The position numbers and the translations under genes are program-made. DNA of 64,000 nt from Podarcis melisellensis (Eukaryota): NCBI GenBank assembly GCA_964234715.1, contig OZ174281.1; one strand, written 5' to 3'. Shown here in pieces: positions 26,148 to 37,832 of this stretch (positions within the stretch are counted from its first letter, which is position 1; each line of letters begins with the position of its first letter). The notes below the pieces were generated by a model that was given only the letters and a program-made list of their open reading frames with translations, was not told the DNA's origin and did no database searches.

Positions 26148-26582
26148 TGTCAGGGAACTGCCATCGGAGCCAGAGGCGGAGGCAAGGCTCCAAAGCGATG
26201 CTGGAGAAGGCCCTAGCAGGGAGAGAGGCAGCTCATCGGCTGGGGAAGGAAATCAGTGTAACACCAGGGATAAAGGGGGGCAGATGGGGGAAGCGGTGAG
26301 GGGGCTCCAGGACTCCTCACCAGAGACCAGCGGGGAGAGCACGGGTCCTCCGCTGCCCACACCCACCCTGCGCAGAAGACTTCCGCGCAGGGAGAGTAGG
26401 CGGAGACTTGGCGTCAAAGAACTTCTTTGCTGGAAGAGGTTCAAGAAACGCTCACTGACGGATTTTGCTAGTGACTGAAACGGCCACGAAGTGAAGGGCT
26501 GTCCAGACAGAAAAGGTTTAACCAGGCAACCTAGCCAGGAGTGGCGGCAACTTACGCACGAGCAACCCCTATAACCATTACA
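26148..26582 (+). mobile_element. Solo LTR (435 bp), same family as 25295-25731
   Basis: TGTCAGGG...CCATTACA; perfect 5-bp TSD ctgca at 26143-26147 and 26583-26587. Confidence 0.9.
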
Positions 26583-28220
26583 CTGCACATGAGTTTTAGC
26601 TAGGATCTTCTGAGCATGTGTGCAGTCCTGCTTGGATGCTACAGGAAAAGTTTATTAATCTGGAATAAACCAGGCTTTTAATGAACATTGGTGTTCAGTG
26701 GGAAACCTGCCTTTCCCCAGCTGCTTGCTTTTGGCATTTGTCTGGCCTGGAGGATGGGAGACAAGCAATAATGTCAGGCTGTTGTTCAGAGTCCACTAGA
26801 TGTGCTGGTAGAAGGACCCAGAAATGCTCCTGGGACAGGATGACAGTTAATTGCATATCTTGCCCTGTGTTCCGAAATGTCACTCCCGCTTCTGTATTTA
26901 ATAATTCAATGACTTTACCAAAATGCTCCACACTAAATTCTGCCAATTGTGTGCCTTGAATGCAACGTAAGAAAGAGCTTGCCTGCCTGCCCCCTTTCTG
27001 CAAATGGAATTTCTTTTCCCTGCAAACCTCTCCTTGAATGTCAGATGGAGTGTTAAAGACCCTGGCTTCCTGGCTAATCAATGACTGGAGGTGGAAACAG
27101 CATAACGCTGTCAGTGCAGGTACTGTAGAGGTCATGTCCTCTGTCAAATATACCCGGTTTTAACAAAAGATGATATCGCAAGTGTGAATCAGAGAGTTTA
27201 CTTTTTAAATTAGGATGAGGATGTGTGTGTTTCCCCCCCTTCCTCGGGCTCTAGGGGATAAAAACCGCTTCCTTTAATGTTCTTCTTTTAATTAGATCTC
27301 GCTGACAATACAGAGGTGTTAAAATCCAGGCTATACGTGTGTTATATAAAGTTTCTGGATGAGATGAATGATGACAACAAAGATTTCCCCAGGATCCCCT
27401 GCTCCGCTTCTTTCTGCTTTTGTTCTCAGTGCCACCTTCATTAATTATTTTCACTCAGAAGCTGGGGATTTTCACACTGGGGGGGGGGGAAATGCCATGG
27501 TCATTGGAGATGGGTGGTCTCAAAGCATGGGAGCTTGTTCAATCCACTTCTCCTTAAACCACAATAGCCCTATCGGAAAGCCATTATCCTTCTGGGGGTC
27601 TAGGCAGCTTTACCAGTGATTTGTCTTTCTCCACTGCTCCCCATTGGGACTGATCACTTTCTTTCCTGTTCTTTATATAAGCTTCTCCTCTGCCTCAAGC
27701 TCACAGACAGTGGTAAATTAACTGGTTGAGCCCAGAGCTGCTAAGGAACTTGAGCAGGTTCCTGCTATGGAAGGAGAGGTTTTTATTGGCCATAAGCCTG
27801 CAGAACCCTAGCTGGAATCCAAAACCTCATGGGTGGCTTTCCTCTGTATTCCCAATACAAGTCATGTACTTCTCCGTTCTTCTGTGCTTGCCCAAGAATC
27901 AAGGGGGACAGCAGGTGGGAGGCCACAGAAAGGAGAAATACTCACCCTTTCTCTAGAGAGTTGGTCCTTTAAAACATTCACACTTCTGTAGTATTGGGGT
28001 GCAGCTTCAGATTCCACCACCCGCATTTGAAGAATCATGAATTTATACATTTTATACATTGATAGTTCCACGAAGCTGGCCATGTGCATATAATGGAAAC
28101 AGGGATCCCTAGATGATAACATTTGCAAATGTGTATTGCATTGTGATTCCTGACCTCTAAAAAGCCTGATAGAGGCTGTCAGATCACATACAATAATGCC
28201 ACTCATGCCTTCATAGTGAT

Positions 28221-28278
28221 TTGTTGTTGTTTAGTCGTTTAGTCGTGTCCAACTCTTCATGACCCCATGGATCAGAGC
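28221..28278 (-). mobile_element. BovB (RTE) LINE extreme 3' tail
   Basis: ttgttgttgtttagtcgtttagtcgtgtccaactcttcatgaccccatgga is the reverse complement of the BovB end seen at 37420-37474. Confidence 0.85.
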
Positions 28279-28444
28279 GATTAGATTTAATTCTTTTTTG
28301 CGTGTACAGATGATCAGCAGTATGGTTTGTATTCCGCTAACTCAGAGTAGACTAGTTGGAATTAATGGCCCTACATTAGTCATGGTTGTTAATTGCAATG
28401 GGTCTACTCTGAGTAAATGTTGAGTGATATGTCTAGAGCTACAT

Positions 28445-28581
28445 TAGGCATGGCCAAACTTGGCCCTCCAGATGTTTTGGGACTACAAGTTCCATCATCC
28501 CTGACCACTGGTCCTGTTAGCTAGGAATGATGGGAGTTGTAGTTCCAAAATATTGGGGGGGGGCAGGTTTGGCCATACCTG
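28445..28581. mobile_element. hAT-derived palindromic MITE (URR1/Charlie-like gggactacaa-cccatcatccc family)
   Basis: Near-palindromic ggcatggccaaact...gtttggccatacctg; 8-bp TSD agctacat/ggctacat. Related degenerate copies at about 6668-6822, 22027-22215, 36885-37010, 38316-38440 and 58165-58282. Confidence 0.8.
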
Positions 28582-29786
28582 GGCTACATGATAAGATTTT
28601 TTCATTGCAAATGGAGTAGAACTAAATATTTTGCTTCCCCTGTCCAAATATTTGGCCTCCATTTTTGTACAAAATACCATTGTCCCTAGTTCTCCATTCC
28701 CTGCCTATGAGTCTGTGTTTTTTTTATGTCACAGATCAGATTTTTACTGCAGACAAGAAAATGCAAGTTCTATAGACAGAGCCATGGTATAGATCCCTTA
28801 TGTCGTTTGGCAAGGTGCAGGCAAATAATTAAATATTTTCTCTTTTTCTTGGGAATAAACTGCACATAATTATTTGCTCTGGTTAAGTGCTTGTGGCACA
28901 GCTCATGAACACCTGCTTTTGAAGAGACTGTTTCTCATTTTAACTAAGACTTAATTTGTTTTAAAAAAAATGAGAGAAGGAAGAGAATATTGCTCATGAG
29001 CTCTTTCAGACATTATTATCATTGATTTAAAACAAAAACAAAACAAAAAAATGAAGACCAAGTTCTATTACATAATAAAAATTGGAACAAGCCTTTGGAC
29101 ATCAACCCAGGGGGGGAAATCATTGCTTGATTGAGTACATCTGTAGTGAGATGACAGACAATTGCTCATTAGGAAGACTTTGGCTAGATTTAAAACTACT
29201 TGATGATATTTTTGATACAGTGCATGAATAAACATAGTCACGGTGCTATACTAGATCACTAGATCAGGCAAGTTCAGAGCATTTTCCTTTGTTTCTTCAT
29301 ATGTTTGAGAAGGCTGATTATTTATTAAATTTTGGGCTGTAGCCCCCATACTATGATCCCAAACAGCTTCTCCCTCGCTCTGTGCCACCCAGCAAAGCCT
29401 GCATCCTTGTCAGTACCAGCCTCCAACAAGACACTGACTCGGCAGCTTCTGCAACTCTCCACAGGAAGCAGTTCTGCTTAGATCCAAAGCATCACGAAAG
29501 ATGCAACTTCACACCTGGCAGGTGTCTCTTCCAGTGCAAATGAAACGGATTCCGAAATCTCTGGGGCATCCTGTCATTTGGGGCTGTTGAGGGGTTTTTT
29601 GTCAAGCTGGAACGATGAAGGCAGAAGTCTCTCGTCCATTATTGGGGGTATGGCATATAATAAAGTCTGGATGGGAGCGCATCAGTCTTAGCTGCCTATG
29701 CTGAAACAGAGGCTACTACTGGTGCACATGGGATTTATATAGGTAGTTCCTCCTTAACAGAGACATCGTCTGTTCTAAAAGCTAAT

Positions 29787-29998
29787 TTTTATTATTATTT
29801 ATTGAATTTATATACCACCCTATACCGGGAGGTCTCAAGGCGGTTCACATAAAAGATCAACATAAAAAACACAATAAATATAATCAAAATAAAAACAACA
29901 GCCCAATAACACATCCCCTCAAAAAGAGCCACATTTTAAAAAGGACATAGGATGAATCAAAGGCCTGGTTAGTAAGGAACATTTTTGTTTGGCACCTA
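29787..29998 (-). mobile_element. L2-type LINE 3' tail
   Basis: ttattattatttattgaatttatataccaccctataccgggaggtctcaaggcggttcac; same family as 50091-50240. Confidence 0.75.
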
Positions 29999-30046
29999 AT
30001 AATGAATATCTGATGTTTGATTGATTGATTTTGCTTTTGTTTATTG

Positions 30047-30192
30047 CAGTGTTTCCCAAACTTGGGCCTCCTGCTGGTTTTGGACTACAATTCCCATCAC
30101 CCTGACCACTGGACCTGCTAGCTAGGGATAATGGGAGTTGTAGTAGTTGTAGTCCAGAAACAGCTGGAAACCCCCAAGTTTGGAAAACACTG
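30047..30192. mobile_element. hAT-derived palindromic MITE
   Basis: cagtgtttcccaaacttggg...cccaagtttggaaaacactg; imperfect 8-bp TSD gtttattg/gtttggtg. Confidence 0.8.
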
Positions 30193-30542
30193 GTTTGGTG
30201 TATGTATTGAATGAATTCACCAGGCATTATCTTTCCAGGCTAACTTAGTTGTAGGCTGAGCTCAAATTTTGGTGGAAAGGGGCAAAGAGATTTTGTTGGG
30301 CAAACAAATGGGGTAGGGCAGGAAACTGCTTTCTCAAGACATGCTGCTCCATGCATCAGCTGATGTGTGGTTGAGAATGTGCTATGCTGCAGGAAAAGGA
30401 ACATTCAGGAGCCCACTTTCAGCTTCCACTTGTTCCTTTGAACCCCTCTTACTTGCCCCATACTTGATGTCATGTATGGGGAGTGCTGAGGAGCCATGTT
30501 TTGCATAGGTTCCCTACCTTTTTTATATACCCTCCCTCAAAA

Positions 30543-31153
30543 TTGGAGAAATCGAGAGAGACATAGCCGTACCAGCAGCATATATCTTCTTTCCCGTATT
30601 CAAAAATGCATGAAGGGCTTTTACACTCACCAGAAGCTCGGCTCTGCCCTCGCTGGTCCTGGAAGGATCCTTTTAAAAAGTCCCATATGCTCAGAGACTT
30701 TGCGCCTGTTCATTGGGGGAGATAGGAAGCCCAGAGCACTTGTTCTTTAGATGCCCCTTTTATGAAGAGGCACGTAGTGAGATCATTGATCCCCTGCTAG
30801 CGAGGCTCGCTGACCTCCCAGAAAAGCAAAAAATTGACCTTTTCCTGTTAGGCAAAGATCATAAGTCGACTTGGATGGTCGCCAGATTCTGTGTACAGAT
30901 CTGTAGGCGCAGACCATTGCCCAACCCAAACTAGTTCTTTAAGAAAATCCCCAAATTCGGTTCCATGGGTGACTCTGGCTCATCTCTCCACGGTAGCTTA
31001 TCTTAAAGTTTTAAGTGTCTATATGCTTATCGCATTTATAAATTTTAAATTTATTGTTTTACATTGTTTTAAATGTTTGTTTTCCTTCTGGGATTATACC
31101 CCCAAGTGTGTTTTATAAGCTGGTGTCCGACCGTAATAAATTATCTATCTATC
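30543..31153 (+). mobile_element. 5'-truncated non-LTR retrotransposon (RTE-X-like) with C-terminal zinc-knuckle remnant
   Basis: Degenerate ORF ...RAFTLTRSSALPSLVLEG..KVPYAQRLCACSLGEIGSPEHLFFRCPFYEEAR...; tail gaccgtaataaa + (TATC)n; 15-bp TSD taccctccctcaaaa at 30528-30542 and 31154-31168. Clade assignment is tentative. Confidence 0.8.
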
Positions 31154-31417
31154 TACCCTCCCTCAAAAAGTACCTCTGATTATTGCCAAACAAACAAACA
31201 ACACCCAATAGAGTGTCCCCCCCAATTTAATTAGTTTTTTTAAAGCTCCTATTTCATAGTCTACTAGCATAAGAGTGGTATGCATCCAATTAATGTTCAT
31301 TTTCTGTGGACACTGTTCAGTGCCAAATGCTATGAATTTGATGCCGTGAGTACAGTGTTTTGCCTCATAAATGTTCTGCTACCTCACAGAGAAACTTCAT
31401 TTTGTTTCTTTTAAAAG

Positions 31418-31585
31418 GTGTCATACGAACAGCCTTGCCAAACATGGACAGAGAAGTCAAAGAGCAATACCAGGTTCTCATTCAGGCCAAGGACATGGGA
31501 GGCCAGCTTGGAGGATTGGCTGGAACTACTACGGTGAACATCACTCTCACTGATGTAAATGACAATCCGCCCAGATTTCCCAAGA
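31418..31585 (+). CDS. CDH12: Cadherin-12 internal coding exon (168 bp, phase 1-1), end of EC2
   Basis: ttttaaaag|GT acceptor; AAGA|gtaagt donor. Translates (G)[55 protein letters not shown](S), with DRE and DxNDN cadherin motifs; joins in frame with both flanking exons. Confidence 0.95.
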
Positions 31586-32013
31586 GTAAGTTCTATCACC
31601 TATGAGTAACATTCTAGATGAAAATGGCTGTGTTTACTCTGATGAATGTTCGAAGTGACTTGTGCTATGGGAGCATGGTTCCACATGGGTCAATTTATAG
31701 CATGACATTAAGACAAACTTTTGCCAGTGGAGAGCTGGTCTAGATATTGTATCCCCTCCTTGCCCCTGCCCCAGTTGCAACATTGTATGAGTCAAGGCCA
31801 TCACTTGACCATTGACCACACTGGCCAGAGCTGATGGGAGCCCAAAACATTCAGAAGATACCAGGTTCTGCAAGTATTGTTAAATGAGACAGCTGGGGAA
31901 GGAAGCTAATCTCATATCTGTGGTGAGTGAAACTGTTTCTAGATTGGCTCTGAAATGCTTACTGGAGATTCCTTAAATCTGCTTATAATTATGCACATAC
32001 AGGGTGATTCATA

Positions 32014-32362
32014 GGGAGGCGGGTGGTGCTGTGGGTTAAACCACAGAGCCTAGGACTTGCCGATCAGAAGGTCGGCGGTTTGAATCCCTGTGACGGGGTA
32101 AGCTCCTGTTGCTCGGTCCCTGCTCCTGCCAAACTAGCAGTTCGAAAGCACAAAAGTGCAAGTTGATAAATAGATACTGCTCCAGTGGGAAGGTAAACAG
32201 TGTTTCCGTGCACTGCTCTGGTTTGCCAGAAGTGGCTTACTCATGCTGGCCACACGACCCAGAAGCTGTACGCCGGCTCCCTCGGCCAGTAAAGTGAGAT
32301 AAGCACCGCAACCCCAGAGTTGTCCACGACTGGACCTAATGGTCAGGGGTCCCTTTACCTTT
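32014..32362 (+). mobile_element. Sauria SINE, full length
   Basis: Head gggaggcgggtggtgctgtgggtt...ggtttgaatccc; tail ccctttaccttt; 13-bp TSD agggtgattcata at 32001-32013 and 32363-32375. Confidence 0.93.
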
Positions 32363-35300
32363 AGGGTGATTCATAATGAAGTATACAGATTCAACGCACT
32401 ATAAAAAAGAAGAATATTATATATCTTATGTTACCTGTAACAAAATTGTAGGGAAATGTTTAAAGTTTTTTTTAGAAACAGTCACAAAGGCATTTTCTGC
32501 TTGGAGGTTGTTTTCCGAATCGCAATCAAAAATGCTGTTGCACAACAGTTACAGATTCTATTCTGCTCAGTTCAAGAACGCAACATGCCTTCTCCACTGC
32601 AGATGCAGCCATTTTGCCTGACTAGTTACGTGACATGCATGCTATCACCTACGTCACTTCCCTCAGTAGCGGAACACAAACTTTATGAATACATCTACCT
32701 CACGGTGCACAGTTGTGGTCCGTGTCATTGCCTGTTACTGTTTCACAGCATCTGGAAACTGTATACTTCATTATGAATCACCTTGTATTTCCGAAACACC
32801 AAAGTAGTCAACATTTTCTGGGTGTATCTCTCTCTCCCCCCTCCACAACCAAACACATTTCCAACCGTTACCCTGCTTCTCCGCAAAGCACCTGATTTGC
32901 AAACTGTTGTGTGCATCATCTGACCTCTCCAAAGAATTCAGGCAGAGGTCTGCATTTTCCCAGATGCCTGGTTTCATATAGTCTTCTCTCCAGCAGTGCT
33001 TTTGACTGTTCATGCTATTGCTTAAAGCAGGCCCTGAATATTGCTTTGTAATAGATGCTGTGGCTTAATAGACTCAGGCATTTCCAAGTGCAAAGGGAAA
33101 AGAGTGCTAGCAAACACACATGTCAAACACTCGTTCTCTATTTTATTTTTATTTTGTTCAGCAGAGATGTCATGGGGTTCTTTCTTTACACTTCCAGGGA
33201 ACTAATCTTGTAGCTCTGTGGCCATGAATACAGAGCGGTTTCCTCCTTGGCAATGCATTTGCCCTCGGAAAAAACAACACTTCTACCCCGACTCCCCTTC
33301 CGCACGCAGCTCAAGTTGAAAACCTTTCACCTCTATCGCATAGAATGTCACAAAAGCCAAATAATAGCTGTCAGCCTTTGTGGGAATAGAGGAGAGTATG
33401 CGAGAGAGAAATTGTGAGATGCAGACTGGGGCAAGGAAGTAATATTGAACGAGAACATTTGCATGAGCTACGGCAATCATGCCATGGAATGCTTTGCTGA
33501 ACTGTGGAGGGTTTAATCAGAAGAGACACTTTAGTGGGAAGTAGGGTAACTTTAGGTGTTTTCACCCATAAAATTGATCCCACATAAGAAACTGTTACAG
33601 CTGCAGCTGAACTAGAATAGCTCTGCAGACAGAGGCAAATTTTGCCTACAACAGGACTTACTGGGCTGGGGGGGGGGTTATATTCTCTAATATGTCATAT
33701 ATTTTTCATACTGAAAGGGGCATGAATATAATTTATTGCTTGCTTTTCTCAGTAGATTCCAAATTAATTTCGCCTCTGGTTTCTTCAGGTATTTTCTTGT
33801 AGGGCCAGTTAAGAGATTGACCCAAATCATTCTGAATTTCTGACTGTTTTCCTTTGTGGTGGCCCCCTCTGCTGAAAAGCAAGTTGGTGTTCAAAGGGAA
33901 CAATGCTTGTCACTTCAGCAGTTTGGAACATGAGCATGAGCCATTCTTAGATCTAGGCAGGTGTATGACATCATCAGGGATGACTTCTTTAGGAGCATCT
34001 TCAGGTCTGAATACTGGGCGTCCCATCTCCTGTAGGTTCCCATAACCTCACTGTGACTTCCTATATACCCCATCCTTCTTTTCTTTCCCCAAACTTTTCT
34101 GGGGTAGAGCAGCACTGTTGTGAAGGGTGTGTGTGTGTTAGAGAGAGAGAGAGAGAGAGATATGAAGGGGTGTGTTTTGTGTAGCACTTGGTTCTGGTTT
34201 TTGGCCTGTTGTGAAATTAGAGGTGCAAGGCAAATCCATTATTAATTTCACTCCCTAAAGCAAAAGTTGTGTGTTGTAACCCAAGTAAATTGCACTTGGA
34301 GCAGAAGCATTTAAATGAATGGACATAGGCTAATCATTTCTGTTAATTTCAATGGGTCTACCAGTAGTATTTCTGACATAGACAACAACCTTGTGTATTT
34401 GCACTGAATTTCTAAAGCAAGGTTCTGCTTTAGACTCAAGGTGAATTTGGTTATATCCAAAGTTGTCTGAAGTGGGGAAGGACCTGGTATCAGAAGCAAA
34501 TATGGTTCCAAACCCTGCCCTCCTATGCCACCCTATGGGGTGGGCTTGTTTGCACAGCTCCACCACCTAGTCAGTTTTGGAGCTGAATGAGATTTATCCC
34601 CCCCCCCCTTCCAGTCAAGTTCAATTTTTCTTCCACTTTCCCCTCCCTCATACTATGGAGCTTCTCCCAAGTTCCCATTCCATAAGATTTCACCCTCATA
34701 GTTCTAGCAGTTGAGCATTTTTCTCCCACTGTCTTTGGTCAAGCGGAGTTGGTTCTCATGTTTCATTTTTGATGTAACAACAGCCCACACACGGAAGTTG
34801 TACCGCTTCCATTTCATTCATCTGGGGAACAAATTGTACAACTCAGAGCCCAGATGAAACAAATGAAATCTCACCACATCAGAGAGAGCTCTAGTTTAAA
34901 AAACTTTCTCTCTGGGGAAAGGAGAAATGTTGAGTCGCCACAGAATATCACCTCCAGTGGAATTGAAAATGAAGGTTTCTCTGCCAGTGAAACTTCCATG
35001 GAATTTCAAGGCAAGCTATAAAGAGTTTTATAAGACAGACTAAACTTATCAGGCGTGTTGCACTAATTGAAAATAATCTCTGTTTATAACCATTAAAAAT
35101 AATTTTTTTTATATGCAATTGTTTTAACTATTTTTATATATGTTAACTGTTTTATAGATGTTATATTTTAAGTTGTTTTGGCATGCCTCATGGGAAGGAG
35201 TCATAACAGGAGGTGGTGGTTAGAATAATAATAAGGGGTGAGGGAAGGAAGGAATATCAATCTATTTATATTAGCTTGTAGTATTACCACTATGTGCTAC

Positions 35301-35819
35301 AATTAAGTGGTGACTCAGTTCATTCCCCCCCCCCCACAAGGAAGTCACTTATGTTCAAAGCACCTGTGTGATTTCTGCCTTGCATCCAGCTGTTATGCAG
35401 TTTAAATAGCTGCATATGAAATCATTCCATTCATTTTCTCATTTTATTTTTATTTTATTATGGTCATCACACCCTTGTGGCTTATGTAAGTTAAAACAAC
35501 AACATTAGCAGCAATAAAGTATCACAACCCACCGGGGAGCAGATCCAGGTCCAGTGTAACATAGAAAGTAATAGATATAAAAAGACATATCTTCAATTAT
35601 CTTCAAAGTGGTGAGCCACTTTAGAGAAGGAGTTTGAAAGACAGGGTGCCAAAGCCTTCCTTACATCCCTTGGATGTTAAGATTGGGGGCCACCCTTGGA
35701 TACTTGGGAGGGGCAGTCTAGGAGAGGACATTGCCTGTGGAATTCCCTGCCCAAAAAGGTGCATCTACCACCTTCATTACATAGGTTTTGCTTTTTTAAA
35801 AATATTGTTTTTAAAAAAA

Positions 35820-36295
35820 TGATTTTAAATAATATAAATTATGAACAACAATTCAAAGTCTGAATATCGAAATTACTCTGAATCTCCTGACTCCCCCCAT
35901 CCCTTCCATGATAATATCTACAGCTGCATATCAATATTTATCCAAATTTTTATCCTAAATTATCCATACTTTCTGTTACTTTACAAGTGTGGTTAAAATC
36001 CTGGCAGTGTTTTAACTTACTTGCAGTGGTCTCATAAGTAAGTCACAAACCTTCCCCATTATTTTTGAAAGTTCTTGTCTTCTTGATTTCTGAGCTTCCC
36101 AGTTAATTTTGCCATTTAGGCATAGTCCATCAACTTGGTTTGCCATTCTTCTCTAATAGGAGTTGTTTCTTCCTTCCATCCTTGGTCTAGTAGCATCCAT
36201 GTGGGTGTTGTCACGTACTGTACATTAACAGTCTTTTCTGGTCCTTTGGTATCTCCGTACCTGTAATTCCTAATAAGAAGGCTTCTGTTTCTTTA
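35820..36295 (-). mobile_element. L1 LINE 3' fragment
   Basis: Reverse strand gives EAFLLGITGTEIPK...GWKEETTPIREEWQTKLMDYA*MAKLT...WGRFVTYL, resembling the C-terminus of reptile L1 ORF2. Confidence 0.75.
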
Positions 36296-37144
36296 ACATT
36301 ATATAGGTTTTCTTAGCATACCAGGAAGAAGAGTGGATAAATAGGATCTGCAAAACAGATTAACTCATCAGAGTCAACCTATATAACCAAATCAAATTAC
36401 GTCTCGCCACGTGTTCATTAGTAAATGGGGGTGAACAGCATTGCCATAGGGTGAAGATGCACCTATTCACCCAGGTCTTTGATATCTGAGAGACACATAT
36501 ATTAGGATCCACCCTATTCTTCTGATTGTGAATTTTTTTTTACACTGATTTCAATGCTGCACTTCATGTTGTTGTAATCCAGCCCAGGAACTTCTGATAA
36601 ATGGTAAGAAATTCAACCAAATCAATCCACCAATCAATAGATGCTGCACTGTCTCCATCTAACTTACCTCTAATGGTTAGTGAAACTCAGAGAAAGGCTC
36701 AGATGATGATCTTAATAATCAGACAGGTTGATGCAGCCTTTTAAGAAGCTACATCATAAGCCATTTTTGGATGCTAAAGCCTGTTGCACTTTAATCATGA
36801 TGGCGACACTGTAGACTACTTCCAGACTCTTCCTTACTCTCTCTCCAAATACTGAAAAGGTAGCCTTTGTCTTAGGGCTTAGAGCAGTGATGGAGAGCCT
36901 GCAACTCTCCAAATGTTCCTGGACAACAAACACCTACAATGCTCCACCACTGGCCAGAGAATGGGAGAATGGAGTCCAACAACATATGGGAGGGCAGAGG
37001 TTCCCTGCCACCCTCTTGGGCATCATTCACCCATGGCAGCTGCATCACCGCACTTCATGAGCGGGCCAATCCTGGATGTAAGTACCAAAAAAGTAGCCTT
37101 CTGTGGGCATGGTATGGCAGCACCAGAAAGCGGGAACTTAAGAG

Positions 37145-37474
37145 GGACTGCAAGAAGATCAAACCAATCCATTCTTAAGGAAATCAGCCCTGAGTGCTCA
37201 CTGGAAGGACAGATCGTGAAGCTGAGGCTCCAATACTTTGGCCACCTCATGAGAAGATAAGACTCCCTGGAAAAGACCCTGATGCTGGGAAAGATGGAGG
37301 GCACAAGGAGAAGGGGACGACAGAGGACGAGATGATTGGGCAGTGTTCTCGAAGTTACCAGCATGAGTTTGACCAAACTGCGTGAGGCAGTGGAAGACAG
37401 GGGTGCCTGGCGTGTTCTGGTCCATGGGGTCATGAAGAGTCGGACACGACTAAACGACTGAACAACAACAACAA
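37145..37474 (+). mobile_element. BovB (RTE) LINE, 5'-truncated
   Basis: TARRSNQSILKEISPECSLEGQIVKLRLQYFGHLMRR*DSLEKTLMLGKMEG..RRRGRQRTR..; ends gagtcggacacgactaaacgactg + (AAC)n tail. Confidence 0.93.
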
Positions 37475-37832
37475 ATCCCATTCACTTTCATTGTGTGACT
37501 TGCAACCTGGTGCATAACGTTATTTCAAAGGCTTGTTTTCCCTCTGCCAAGCTTAGGCAGACTGGTAGCAACAGCATCACTGCTGATTGGATCTGGTGTA
37601 ACTTTATGCCATTGCATACCAGCTTGCTTTATGCCAGCTTCTTGCGCATAGGATTCCTCCTCTAATCTGGGAGGTGTGAGTTAGGTCGGTTTAGTTAAAA
37701 ATGTAGACCAGATGAAATTCTATGCCATCTCTCATTTTGGCATGCCCAGGATGGAACTTGGAGCCTAATGGAGGAATAGTTAAGTATTGCGAGTCCCTCT
37801 CCTCCATCATTAGGATCTTGAAACTGTTAGAA

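Noticed and set aside
25295-26582. One 1.3-kb foldback/TIR DNA transposon with 435-bp arms
   Set aside because: Each arm has its own TG..CA ends and its own 5-bp TSD, and the outer flanks (gtttc vs ctgca) do not match each other.
32014-32095. tRNA genes suggested by A/B boxes (also in the other SINE heads)
   Set aside because: These are tRNA-derived SINE heads continuous with SINE bodies; no standalone cloverleaf.
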